IMG/VR virus record: IMGVR_UViG_3300032290_000292
Coordinates: 1-29,441 of that record
Length of the DNA: 29,441 bases
Strand: one strand, 5' to 3'
From: a virus
Taxonomy: Duplodnaviria > Caudoviricetes
The notes beneath the pieces were generated by a model, which saw only the letters and a list, made by a program, of their open reading frames with translations, ran no database searches and had not been told where the DNA came from. Both the position numbers and the translations under genes were made by a program. Positions 16,236 through 24,721 of the stretch are shown piece after piece. How positions within the stretch are numbered: the stretch's first letter is position 1; each line of letters starts with the position of its first letter.

Positions 16236-17776
16236 CCCAGCACCGTCCCGTCGCCGACATCAAGGTGGGCAATGCATTGGCCCATCTGGTAGTTGCCGCC
16301 GACCACATTAGACTTGAAGATAAAGCGCATTTCGCGCCTGATTTCCTTAAAGAAAACAACCTGCTGCTCGGGAGTTAGGGTGTTTTCTTGATCGGGAAAA
16401 GTCTTTTCCTCGCTCGTGACATCAGGCGCCCTGGCGTTTGCCCTGCCGGTGATCTGACAAGTCATGTCGCCGGTTTGGATAAAATCAGGTTCCACCATCA
16501 AGCAGCGCATCGACCTGTTGCGAGGCTGGTTAGGATCCGCCACGAACGAAATATCAGCCGTCTGGAAGTAGGATGGGATGGCGTTGATCTGCGTGCCGTC
16601 GAGCTCGTCATAGCCAAACTCATTCTGCCAGAGCTTATAGAGGCCGGAGGTGGGGTCGGCATCGACGCCGGTCATGAAGGGGTATTCGTAAACGGTCACG
16701 AACTCACCGCAAGAGCGGCCAGATCCAGGCAATTGTGTGTCATACCATGTATTTTCGCGCACATTGTAGATGACGGCGTGGGTGCATTCGGTGGCCTCGC
16801 CACGAGGGTAGCACCACCAGATTTCACCATAGCGCGGCACCTTGTAGGCGAAAACCTTCTGGCGCTGGGCATAGTTGACGTTGTCAAAGAACCAGTTTTG
16901 GTTCAGCTGGTTCGGGATCTCGCGCACGACACCGTTGAACATCAGAAAGCGGTCAACGCCAACCCAGTAGAAAATACCGTCGTACTCGATCGGCGACTGG
17001 GATGACAGGATTGAACTTTGCGATGTCAGGGTATCAAACTGGAAAACGGTGGTGCCCCCCACGAAGGTGCAGCGGATGAGGCTGTCCAAAGACCAGAACA
17101 AGCCAGCAGGCGCGTTTCCTGGGCCAGCTCGCAGGGGTAGGGCGGCTACGATCTTTTGGCCCGTAACGTAGGCGTCGCCAGATCCTGTGCTGATCCAATC
17201 GTTTGGGTCGTTGGCGACAGACCACGCTACATAGCCGTTGGAACCATAAACGAAAGTGTATGGATACAGGCTGACGACGCCGCCAGAAACGGCTGGCGCC
17301 GTATTGACCGTCAATGCGGTCGTATCGGTGGCGAGACCCCAATAAACATTTGAAGAAGCATCTGAGTCGATGGCAGCCAGGTTCTTGCCAGGGTGCGCCA
17401 GAAGGTAGGCGCCCGGCGTCACGCCGACCGAGTCAAACTGGCTGTCAAATGTCCAGAGGTATGTTGGATCGGCAGTGAAGGCGGATGGCGTGCGATCGTT
17501 TTGGCCGACGACGACGCCATTGTTGTTGAGGAAAAACTGCGTGATGTAGCTCTGGCTGCCCGACACCAGATAGACGTGAGCGTTGTCATTGTATGAATTT
17601 AGGCCACGCGAGATCTCTGGCATTTCCGTCGAAACGGTGCGGTATCCACCCATTTTTCGAGGCAATCCGCGCTGAAACCTGCACCACTGACCATCGACGT
17701 AAAAGCCGTTCTCAAGGCGCGTTCCGTCGCGCTTGATGCCTGGCAAAGACTTGATGGTGTAGGGTTGAGGAGCCAT
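16232..17776 (-). CDS. Tail/DNA stabilisation protein (P22 gp10/tail tubular B-like beta-propeller)
   Basis: PGIKRDGT, W.RFQRG.PRKMGGY, GEIWWCYP, VIYN..ENTWY; size and position typical. Confidence 0.7.
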   Translation of the reverse strand: MAPQPYTIKSLPGIKRDGTRLENGFYVDGQWCRFQRGLPRKMGGYRTVSTEMPEISRGLNSYNDNAHVYLVSGSQSYITQFFLNNNGVVVGQNDRTPSAFTADPTYLWTFDSQFDSVGVTPGAYLLAHPGKNLAAIDSDASSNVYWGLATDTTALTVNTAPAVSGGVVSLYPYTFVYGSNGYVAWSVANDPNDWISTGSGDAYVTGQKIVAALPLRAGPGNAPAGLFWSLDSLIRCTFVGGTTVFQFDTLTSQSSILSSQSPIEYDGIFYWVGVDRFLMFNGVVREIPNQLNQNWFFDNVNYAQRQKVFAYKVPRYGEIWWCYPRGEATECTHAVIYNVRENTWYDTQLPGSGRSCGEFVTVYEYPFMTGVDADPTSGLYKLWQNEFGYDELDGTQINAIPSYFQTADISFVADPNQPRNRSMRCLMVEPDFIQTGDMTCQITGRANARAPDVTSEEKTFPDQENTLTPEQQVVFFKEIRREMRFIFKSNVVGGNYQMGQCIAHLDVGDGTVLG

Positions 17777-19080
17777 TAGCCGAGCGCCACTGCATACTGG
17801 ATTGCGATCGACGTTGCATCAGCGGACGAAATGGCGCCGATCGCCGTTCGAGCGTCAGCCTGAGTGGCTGCGGTGAAGACATTGGATCCCACGGTCGTGC
17901 CACCAAGGGCCGTCCTGCCAGCCGATGCGTCGGCTGCTGTAAATACGGATATGCCGACAGATGTTCCGCCAAGATTGACAAGGGCGCCACCGGCTGTCGT
18001 GGCGCCAGTACCGCCATCAGAAACAGCAACAGGGATCGACACGTTCAGAGTCTGGGCATTAACGACGTTTGTGCCGTTGCAGTAGAGGATGGCGGCGCCA
18101 CCCTGGGGCACAGAAACGCCTGTTCCAGCCGATGTCTTCACCGTCAGGGTAAAGGCGCCAGTCGTATCGTTGTTGATCCAGTACTGCTGCACCGTGGCAG
18201 GAACGATCACGTTTCGATTGCCGGTGAGGACGCCAATCAGGTCGTAGGCGATCCGGTTCAACTCAAAGCCAGAGAGGGTGTAGTTGCCGGATCCGGCCAC
18301 GTTGATCTGGGTGTAGTCGAAGGTGAAGACCGCAGACTTGCCAAGACCGACCGTGTAGAAGGCGGACCCGTCGCAGATGATCATTGCGGAATCGCCGGGG
18401 TTCATCACCAGCGTCGTCGCTGAGTTGATGGTCTCGGATCCGTTGGGATCAATTGTCAGCGCGCTGCTGCCGTTGTTCCTAACATACAGAAACCAATCGT
18501 CGCCGAGCGTCGAGGCGCCCGTTAGAGACAACGTCCCCGTCGATCCGGTCCAGTTGATCATATGAGCGCGGTCGCCGACACCAGCCGTGTAGCTGGAATT
18601 AAGTTGAAGGACCGTGATTGCCTGGTTGAGCGTGGTCGTGATCGCCTTCAAGCCAAAGCCAGCCAGAGCGGCGGCGTTGGCAGACGAGGTTGCAGACCCA
18701 AACTGATACGACACCCACACGCCTGCGGCGGTGGTGTTGGAGGTCATGTAGACCTGCCAGAGCTCGCCAGAGGCTACAGTGCAGATGATAGTGCCTGTGC
18801 TGCCAACAACTTCAAAGCTTGTCGAGCCAATGTTGTTGAAGAGGAAACACTCGCCAACACCTGCCTGGTCAGCCGCAGGCAGATAGATCTTCCTGCTGGA
18901 TCCCGTGCAATTGATGTCCATAATCCGCGCAGCGACGTATTCGGCGTCTGGATTGGGAGCATTGGTCTCGACAGGCCATGCCAGGGTGACGTCAGTGGTA
19001 GTTAGGCTAAAGGCTAAATATGAGACGTCGGAGGGGTAGATGTTCGTCCCGCCGAAGACTTCGGTGTATGTGCTCGTCAT
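17776..19080 (-). CDS. Virion tail/baseplate-type structural protein
   Basis: Thr/Gly/Ser-rich beta repeats; GGTGATTA..A..NLG tail-fibre shaft motif. Confidence 0.65.
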   Translation of the reverse strand: MTSTYTEVFGGTNIYPSDVSYLAFSLTTTDVTLAWPVETNAPNPDAEYVAARIMDINCTGSSRKIYLPAADQAGVGECFLFNNIGSTSFEVVGSTGTIICTVASGELWQVYMTSNTTAAGVWVSYQFGSATSSANAAALAGFGLKAITTTLNQAITVLQLNSSYTAGVGDRAHMINWTGSTGTLSLTGASTLGDDWFLYVRNNGSSALTIDPNGSETINSATTLVMNPGDSAMIICDGSAFYTVGLGKSAVFTFDYTQINVAGSGNYTLSGFELNRIAYDLIGVLTGNRNVIVPATVQQYWINNDTTGAFTLTVKTSAGTGVSVPQGGAAILYCNGTNVVNAQTLNVSIPVAVSDGGTGATTAGGALVNLGGTSVGISVFTAADASAGRTALGGTTVGSNVFTAATQADARTAIGAISSADATSIAIQYAVALG

Positions 19081-19734
19081 TTATACCTCCGTCCGACGGG
19101 CGGAACGATCAAGGATCTTGGAGAGGTCTTCGCCGTTCAGCGCCTGCGCCGAGCGATCGTACATCTGTTGCCAGACAGGGATGCGCTCATCGTTCTTCAG
19201 GAATGGCGTGGCCTCAAGCAGGGACGCATAAAGCAGAACCTGCGGAGCATAGTCTGTGAGCCAGTTGGTCTGGTTCGTGTCGTCAAGCAGCGGCAGAAGC
19301 TGATAGACCAAGACCTCAAAGGGATATGCCTGGTCAGGCGTCGGCGCCACGATCCAATTGTTGTAGTCATACTCGGCGTAAAACAGCGGGACATCCGTCT
19401 CGCTCCGGTTCGGCCAGTAGGACCGCACATATTCGTAGGACCGGGGAAAGAGCTGATTATATTCGCTGTTCTGGTCGCCAGTTCCAAAGTTGAAGGACAC
19501 CGTCGAGCGCCAGCGGTCGGGTTTAGGGTAAACAGCGAGGCCAGGCTGCATGGTGCCAGTCAGGACGTTAATCAGGCCCTCGACCTTGAGCTCGCGGGCG
19601 ATCCGACGCTCGGCAAGGTTGATAAGCCTCGGGATCTGCTCATAAACGATCTGATCCGACGCAAGCGTGAAGCCACGCTCAAGATAGCGCCGGATGTCTT
19701 CTTTGAGGGTGGTGAACGTCGTCGTCGTGGCCAT
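19081..19734 (-). CDS. Head-tail adaptor / tail tubular protein A-like
   Basis: IP.LI.LAE.RI.REL, APTPD..Y, NWL...AP..LLYASL.EA..FLK motifs. Confidence 0.65.
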   Translation of the reverse strand: MATTTTFTTLKEDIRRYLERGFTLASDQIVYEQIPRLINLAERRIARELKVEGLINVLTGTMQPGLAVYPKPDRWRSTVSFNFGTGDQNSEYNQLFPRSYEYVRSYWPNRSETDVPLFYAEYDYNNWIVAPTPDQAYPFEVLVYQLLPLLDDTNQTNWLTDYAPQVLLYASLLEATPFLKNDERIPVWQQMYDRSAQALNGEDLSKILDRSARRTEV

Positions 19735-19751
19735 GGCCTATCCTAACACTT

Positions 19752-20270
19752 TCAGGCCTGATCCGCCATACTGATGGCCTTGGCCTTGACTCTACCAACT
19801 CTGTCGGTCCAGCCCCTGCCAAAGGTGTCAAAGGTCGGCAGCTTCTTGAGAAAGTCCAGACGCATGTCGCAGATAGCGTCGGAGGTCTGTTCGGGGTCGC
19901 AGGCCTTGATCGCCTCAAGAGACTTGGGGCCAATCATGCCATCGACAGTCACGCCAGCGATCTCCTGAAGGTACTGAGCGGCTCTATGCGGTCCACTGTT
20001 CACCGCAAAGTCGTAGGCGGCGTAATCGACGCCGGGGGGCAGCTCGTCGCCCCTAATGCGATCCCAATAGAGGGCCTTGTAGAAAGGCTTGACGGCGGCT
20101 GGCGTGAGCGCCCGCATGTCGGCCTCGGTCACCTTCTTTTTAAGATAAGCTTCCCAAGCCGATCGAGTGACGCCGAGGTTCGTCATGCCGCCAGGGTCGC
20201 GCGAATTATTTACGAAACCACCCTCACTTTTAATTACCATATTGAAGCACTCGTCCCAATTCTCACGCAT
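19752..20270 (-). CDS. Endolysin, glycoside hydrolase family 108 with peptidoglycan-binding domain
   Basis: SEGGFVNNSRDPGGMTNLGVT, DFAVNSG, DG.IGP, FGRGW..R. Confidence 0.9.
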   Translation of the reverse strand: MRENWDECFNMVIKSEGGFVNNSRDPGGMTNLGVTRSAWEAYLKKKVTEADMRALTPAAVKPFYKALYWDRIRGDELPPGVDYAAYDFAVNSGPHRAAQYLQEIAGVTVDGMIGPKSLEAIKACDPEQTSDAICDMRLDFLKKLPTFDTFGRGWTDRVGRVKAKAISMADQA

Positions 20271-20727
20271 ATTGCTCTCCCGCATGTTCTATACGATGGC
20301 AGTTGGCGCAAAGAAGAATGCACTTCTCTGCCTCTTTTTTAATATCATCAAAACTTTTGTTATTAAATGCGTTGGTCACTGAAAAATCTTTTTGTTTTGG
20401 GTCAAGGTGATGAAAGTCAAAAGATGCCGGATGAAAAACCCCGTTGCATGACCGGCACTTCCCACCCATTAATTCTATTAATTTTTTCTTAATTGTCTGA
20501 CGATTCCATGATTTCCAGTGATTAACGCACAGATCATTTCCGTAATGTTTTTTATTGCAGTCATCAATTTTACATTGACGACCTTTTTCTTGTTTTCTAA
20601 TTTTCGATCCCATCGCAGATCCTCTGCGGTATCTTAAATAATGCCCGTTGCAGAGACCTTTGCAAAAAGCGTCATTATTGCAATTTTCTTGCAAGCATTT
20701 ATGGCCAAAGTTTACCACAAATGTCAT
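20263..20727 (-). CDS. HNH endonuclease (AT-rich insert between holin and endolysin)
   Basis: CRSC, FDFHHLDP, CILLCANCHRIEH; two N-terminal C..C...LC..H repeats; visibly AT-rich. Confidence 0.85.
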   Translation of the reverse strand: MTFVVNFGHKCLQENCNNDAFCKGLCNGHYLRYRRGSAMGSKIRKQEKGRQCKIDDCNKKHYGNDLCVNHWKSWNRQTIKKKLIELMGGKCRSCNGVFHPASFDFHHLDPKQKDFSVTNAFNNKSFDDIKKEAEKCILLCANCHRIEHAGEQYA

Positions 20728-20728
20728 G

Positions 20729-21250
20729 TCACTTGTCCTTTGCGGCGAGTAAATCGTTCTTGGCCTTGGAGCCCGCCGAAGAGCCGAAATAGAACTGTAT
20801 CACGCCGGTCCAAGCAGTGCTGAGCGAGCCAAGCATCATCAGAATCACTTCCATTCCCGTTTTGGGAATGCCAAACACCAAGATCCAGACCAAGGCGCCG
20901 AAGAAACCAAAGGTAATGAAGAACGCCAGAACTTTTGGCGTCCAATCCTTGGTGTCGCGCTGCATCTGCCTGGCGCTGTCTCGATCACCAGCGGCGATGC
21001 GCTCAAGATCAATGTCTAAGCTCTTCATTTGCACTTTGAAGTCGGCGTCGATCTTTTTGATGGCGGCGAGCTGATCAGGGGTGGCGGACGCCATAGCCTC
21101 GGAGATTTGCTCCTCTGTCGCGTCTTCGTGGCCAAAAAGGGCGTTGGATAGGGTCTTCACTGCAACCCCTGCCAGCGGGCCTCCCAAGGCCGTGGCGATA
21201 GTGGGGGCTACTTGTCCGAGGAGGGGGCCGAATTTAGCAAGGAGATCCAT
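20729..21250 (-). CDS. Holin (3TM/GTA-type-like)
   Basis: APTIATALGGP, DRDSARQMQ, two C-terminal TM helices, YFGSS.GS; upstream of endolysin. Confidence 0.7.
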   Translation of the reverse strand: MDLLAKFGPLLGQVAPTIATALGGPLAGVAVKTLSNALFGHEDATEEQISEAMASATPDQLAAIKKIDADFKVQMKSLDIDLERIAAGDRDSARQMQRDTKDWTPKVLAFFITFGFFGALVWILVFGIPKTGMEVILMMLGSLSTAWTGVIQFYFGSSAGSKAKNDLLAAKDK

Positions 21251-21251
21251 A

Positions 21252-21719
21252 TCACTGCCCCTCTATGTCGAATGTCAGGTTTTTGTGATCGGGATAAGGG
21301 ATCACAACATTGCCCTCTGGGCACTTGTACATAATCCGAGCGATTAGCTTTGCCGCACCCGGTGCAACCGCTCGCGGATTATCTATGGTCAAGGTGTAGC
21401 CAAATTTGTCTACAACGGGACTGGCGGGGCCAGAAAACTTGGCGACGGACGGGTTCGCCTTGTGAACCATGTAGTCCGAATCTCTCACCTCAAGGGCAAA
21501 ATCTTCAACGGTGCAATCATCGCGGATCTTTTGACGAGCTACGACTACCTTGAACTGACCAGAGGCCGGGCCACTTGAAATGCTAAAATGTTCTGCATCC
21601 CACTTAAGAATGTCTTTTGGCGGCAACTTGATCTTGTCGTAAAGCGAATAGCCACCACCAATCATCGCCATGACTGCGGTCACAGCTGCGACAGGTTTGG
21701 TGATGGAATCTGTGTCCAT
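21252..21719 (-). CDS. Membrane-anchored hypothetical protein in lysis cassette
   Basis: N-terminal hydrophobic helix, beta-rich domain with two Cys. Confidence 0.6.
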   Translation of the reverse strand: MDTDSITKPVAAVTAVMAMIGGGYSLYDKIKLPPKDILKWDAEHFSISSGPASGQFKVVVARQKIRDDCTVEDFALEVRDSDYMVHKANPSVAKFSGPASPVVDKFGYTLTIDNPRAVAPGAAKLIARIMYKCPEGNVVIPYPDHKNLTFDIEGQ

Positions 21720-21964
21720 TATTTGTCCGCTTTCCGCTTCTCAAGGCTGTCTACCTTGTCGAAGATTTGCCTGCACAAGTCTTTGATTTCTTTGAGTGCG
21801 TCTGAGAACTCTTCGCGCCGGACATAGTGGCTCGGAAGGTCAACCTCAAGCTGATGGATGTCAGACTTCAGGCGCTCAACCGCTTCCCAGAGTTGCCTAG
21901 CAAGCCACCCGATAATCGCCAGGAAGGCGCCAAGAGCAAAGTTGATGAGCGTCTGGGTTTCCAT
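21719..21964 (-). CDS. Small single-TM coiled-coil protein (possible holin/antiholin)
   Basis: N-terminal TM, LP..YVRR.EF, KADK C-terminus; first gene after promoter. Confidence 0.65.
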   Translation of the reverse strand: METQTLINFALGAFLAIIGWLARQLWEAVERLKSDIHQLEVDLPSHYVRREEFSDALKEIKDLCRQIFDKVDSLEKRKADK

Positions 21965-21991
21965 CGACCTATCCTGCGTTGCACCATCAAA

Positions 21992-22020
21992 ATTCTACAA
22001 TGTGTTGATGTCACGGTCAA
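21992..22020 (-). promoter_or_regulatory. Sigma70-type promoter upstream of lysis cassette
   Basis: Minus strand TTGACC (22020-22015), 17-nt spacer, TAGAAT (21997-21992) in the only large intergenic gap. Confidence 0.75.
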
Positions 22021-22149
22021 AACAGTTGACAGTTTTGAAGGCCATGCGACACTGCCTGCGTCAAGAAATGGTTCTTGGCCTACATGCGGCGCAGGTTATG
22101 CGTAGGCTTCTGTAGGCCCAGCCCCGTGGATTGTCGAAACGCTCTACTT

Positions 22150-22181
22150 ACCCCGGTCCATTCGGTTGGGCCGGGGTCTTT
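22150..22181. terminator. GC-rich hairpin, terminator-like
   Basis: accccggtcca-ttcggt-tgggccggggt directly beyond the stop of 22181-22348; short U run only on + strand. Confidence 0.55.
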
Positions 22182-22348
22182 CATTCAGCCGGTGCGATGG
22201 TCAACTCGCCAGCGGCGACAAGCGCCATGATGTTGGCATAGTCGGTGTTGGCGGGATCAATTGGCACGAAGCTCGTCACGCCGTTGATGTCGCAGCGGAT
22301 GCCTGTGTTCACGCCATCATACGCGATATATTGAGCGTTGGTGTACAT
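22181..22348 (-). CDS. 55-aa tail fibre partner/chaperone, paralog of 23442-23633 (not in supplied ORF track)
   Basis: Manual translation MYTNAQYIAYDGVNTGIRCDINGVTSFVPIDPANTDYANIMALVAAGELTIAPAE. Confidence 0.8.
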   Translation of the reverse strand: MYTNAQYIAYDGVNTGIRCDINGVTSFVPIDPANTDYANIMALVAAGELTIAPAE

Positions 22349-23573
22349 AGTCAAAGCTCCGCACTGAATGTCAGTTTCCCGCCATCATTTCTCAATACAA
22401 GGTATGAATATGTTGTTAAACCTGAGAAATTAATAAGGGCCATATTTATCCCACCGTTGATACTCCCGAATGAAGAACTAACGCTTGCAGAACTTTGCGT
22501 GTAATTTGCCGTGTATGGGAAATCAACTTTTGCCGCAGCAGTTAATGCCAATGTTGGGAATGTACGGAACTGAACGGGCGGATAATAATTTAATATTGCA
22601 ACTGTTGCTGAAACAGCAGCACCCGATACGCCCTGATCGGCAAACTGATAATACCTCTGACACTGCGCCAACTGATCGCTGTAGATTTGCATCTCGTAGG
22701 GCGTGGCGACTGAACCTTGCTCCAACTGAACCTGAGTTAGATAGAAGCGATCATCCGCGCCAGCCGTGCCGCTAAATGCGAATTGGATAATGAGCATTAG
22801 CTGAGTTGCAGTTGAAGGGATGCTGAACTGAAATGTCTTCTGTGTAAACGAAGAACCCGAAACCACAGTAAAGGATTGGCCCGTAAGCTGTGTCCAGCCG
22901 CCACTTGTAGGTCCAATATCAGTTGTGGTTGTCTGGTATGCAACAATGACACTGTGACCAGTTGTCGATGAAATCAAACCAGCTCCAACTTGGAAACTAA
23001 CGGTAACGGTTTTCCCAGCCAAATCGCGGCTATTGATACCTTCTATCGCTTGATACAAGACTGCAACGGCAGTGCTGGTATTACCTGATGTCCTTTGAAT
23101 GGACATGGCATTCGTGGTTGTTCCAAAAGCCCCATACACCTGCGCATAGGTCATTCCAGCAACGCCGCCACTTCTGTTTCCATACCAACGGTCAAGCGTA
23201 TATCCATTGCCATCCGTAAAACTAGTTCCCCTTTGGGCAACATTCATATTCCCATTGATGATGCGGTTGCGTTTAAACGATGAGCCCATCACAAGGGTGC
23301 CGGTGACAGTCTCGTTGCCGGATGTGGTGGTGTTCCCAGTAACCGTCAGATTGTTCCCGACAGTCACGTTTCCGCTGGAATCGTTGACGATGTTGATCGT
23401 CGTCGCGGAGGGATGCTGGACGTTGATGCTCTTTAACGTGCTCATGCTGTCACCTCTGCCGGTGCGATGGTCAACTCGCCAGCGGCGACAAGCGCCATGA
23501 TGTTGGCATAGTCGGTGTTAGCCGGATCAATCGGCACGAAGCTCGTCACGCCGTTGATGTCGCAGCGGATGCC
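22188..23573. repeat. 116-bp direct repeat (22188-22303 and 23458-23573)
   Basis: 3 mismatches in 116 bp, all at synonymous third positions of the two small paralogous genes. Confidence 0.9.
22351..23445 (-). CDS. Tail fibre/receptor-binding protein with carbohydrate-binding-like domain, paralog 2
   Basis: RNRIINGNM..QRG, YTLDRW, VQLE.GSVATPYE, LAQCQRYY, terminal SAEL. Confidence 0.75.
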   Translation of the reverse strand: MSTLKSINVQHPSATTINIVNDSSGNVTVGNNLTVTGNTTTSGNETVTGTLVMGSSFKRNRIINGNMNVAQRGTSFTDGNGYTLDRWYGNRSGGVAGMTYAQVYGAFGTTTNAMSIQRTSGNTSTAVAVLYQAIEGINSRDLAGKTVTVSFQVGAGLISSTTGHSVIVAYQTTTTDIGPTSGGWTQLTGQSFTVVSGSSFTQKTFQFSIPSTATQLMLIIQFAFSGTAGADDRFYLTQVQLEQGSVATPYEMQIYSDQLAQCQRYYQFADQGVSGAAVSATVAILNYYPPVQFRTFPTLALTAAAKVDFPYTANYTQSSASVSSSFGSINGGINMALINFSGLTTYSYLVLRNDGGKLTFSAEL

Positions 23574-23633
23574 AGCCGGAGACTGGCCGGTCAGCGTGTT
23601 GTTGTAGTACTGAGCGTTGGTGTACATGATCAA
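23442..23633 (-). CDS. Small tail fibre partner/chaperone
   Basis: FVPIDPANTDY motif; follows tail fibre gene with ATGA overlap. Confidence 0.75.
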   Translation of the reverse strand: MIMYTNAQYYNNTLTGQSPAGIRCDINGVTSFVPIDPANTDYANIMALVAAGELTIAPAEVTA

Positions 23634-24721
23634 AGCTCCGCGCTGGCCGTAATTGAAAACCCACTAGTTGCAGCACTATTCAATCCATACCAGCCATAAA
23701 TTGTAATTACCGGGTTGGTGAATGAGATTGAAGGGGTAACTGTAGGAATAGCTCTTTTTTGTACGACCCAAGGAACATTAACGTACAATGAACCATTTGC
23801 TGCTATGTCGGTATTTTTTTCATAATACCTTTGACACTGGGCCAACTGATCGCTATAGATCTGCATCTCGTAGGGGGTCGCCTTGGTGCCGACTTCTAGC
23901 TGGACGCCTGTGATGTAGAAGGTTGCGCCGGAGGTACCGACAACGGAGACTGCGCCTGTGGCGGACATATAGTTAGCGGATGCCCATGCTCCCGCCGTAC
24001 CGCTAAAAGTGGAACCCGCACCAAGACCAAATCTTATTAACAAGCCAATGCCGTTGTCGGTTAACCATGTTCCAGACGTATCGCCGGGGATGGTCACGCT
24101 TATAGAAGTCCATGTGTTGGCTGCTGATATTGTATAAGTAAACGGATACGACCTTGTTCCTGCGGAATTGCGAAATGCGCCGCCAAAAGTTCCGGTCAAA
24201 CTTGAACGAACATAAAAAGAAAGCGTTGTAGTCACAGCATTTGCTGTCCCATACGCCAAATCCGCTGCATTATAACCCTCAATCGCTTGGTAGAGAGCAA
24301 AATAGTCAGATGCACCTACAGTAACCGCCGACGCAACGGTAGCGCCAAGATACTTTGTGAACCCTGTAGGAGGTGTAACAGAACCCGCATTCTGTTGAAT
24401 GGTAAACTTTGACGCTTGAGAAAGCGTAAACGCCCAACGATCAAGCGTGTACGTTGGGTCAGAAGTAGGCGTCACACTCGCCCCAGCATTCCGCTGATCA
24501 ATGAGCATGTTGCCGTTGATGATGCGATTGCGTTTGAAGCTGGAAGCCATCGCGACGGTGCCGGTAGCAGTCACATCACCTGCTATGCCGCCAGTCATTG
24601 TAGCCGCGCCAGTGAGCGTCGTCGCACCCGTGACAGTCAGCGTCCCGCCCACGGTCGCATTGCCGGTGACGGTGTCAGCGGGGGTTGTGATGCCGGTGGA
24701 GCCGTTGAGGATGATGGACAT
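23630..24721 (-). CDS. Tail fibre/receptor-binding protein with carbohydrate-binding-like domain, paralog 1
   Basis: RNRIINGNM.IDQRN, YTLDRW, VQLEVGTKATPYE, LAQCQRYY, terminal SAEL. Confidence 0.75.
   Translation of the reverse strand: MSIILNGSTGITTPADTVTGNATVGGTLTVTGATTLTGAATMTGGIAGDVTATGTVAMASSFKRNRIINGNMLIDQRNAGASVTPTSDPTYTLDRWAFTLSQASKFTIQQNAGSVTPPTGFTKYLGATVASAVTVGASDYFALYQAIEGYNAADLAYGTANAVTTTLSFYVRSSLTGTFGGAFRNSAGTRSYPFTYTISAANTWTSISVTIPGDTSGTWLTDNGIGLLIRFGLGAGSTFSGTAGAWASANYMSATGAVSVVGTSGATFYITGVQLEVGTKATPYEMQIYSDQLAQCQRYYEKNTDIAANGSLYVNVPWVVQKRAIPTVTPSISFTNPVITIYGWYGLNSAATSGFSITASAEL

Noticed and set aside
22055-22181. Known self-cleaving ribozyme or tRNA in the intergenic region
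   Set aside because: A cgaaac is present but no CUGANGA hammerhead core, and no cloverleaf or T-loop motif was found by eye
22188-23573. Diversity-generating retroelement TR/VR pair suggested by the 116-bp repeat next to tail fibres
   Set aside because: Mismatches are synonymous and not adenine-specific, both copies lie in intact paralogous ORFs, and no reverse transcriptase is in the window
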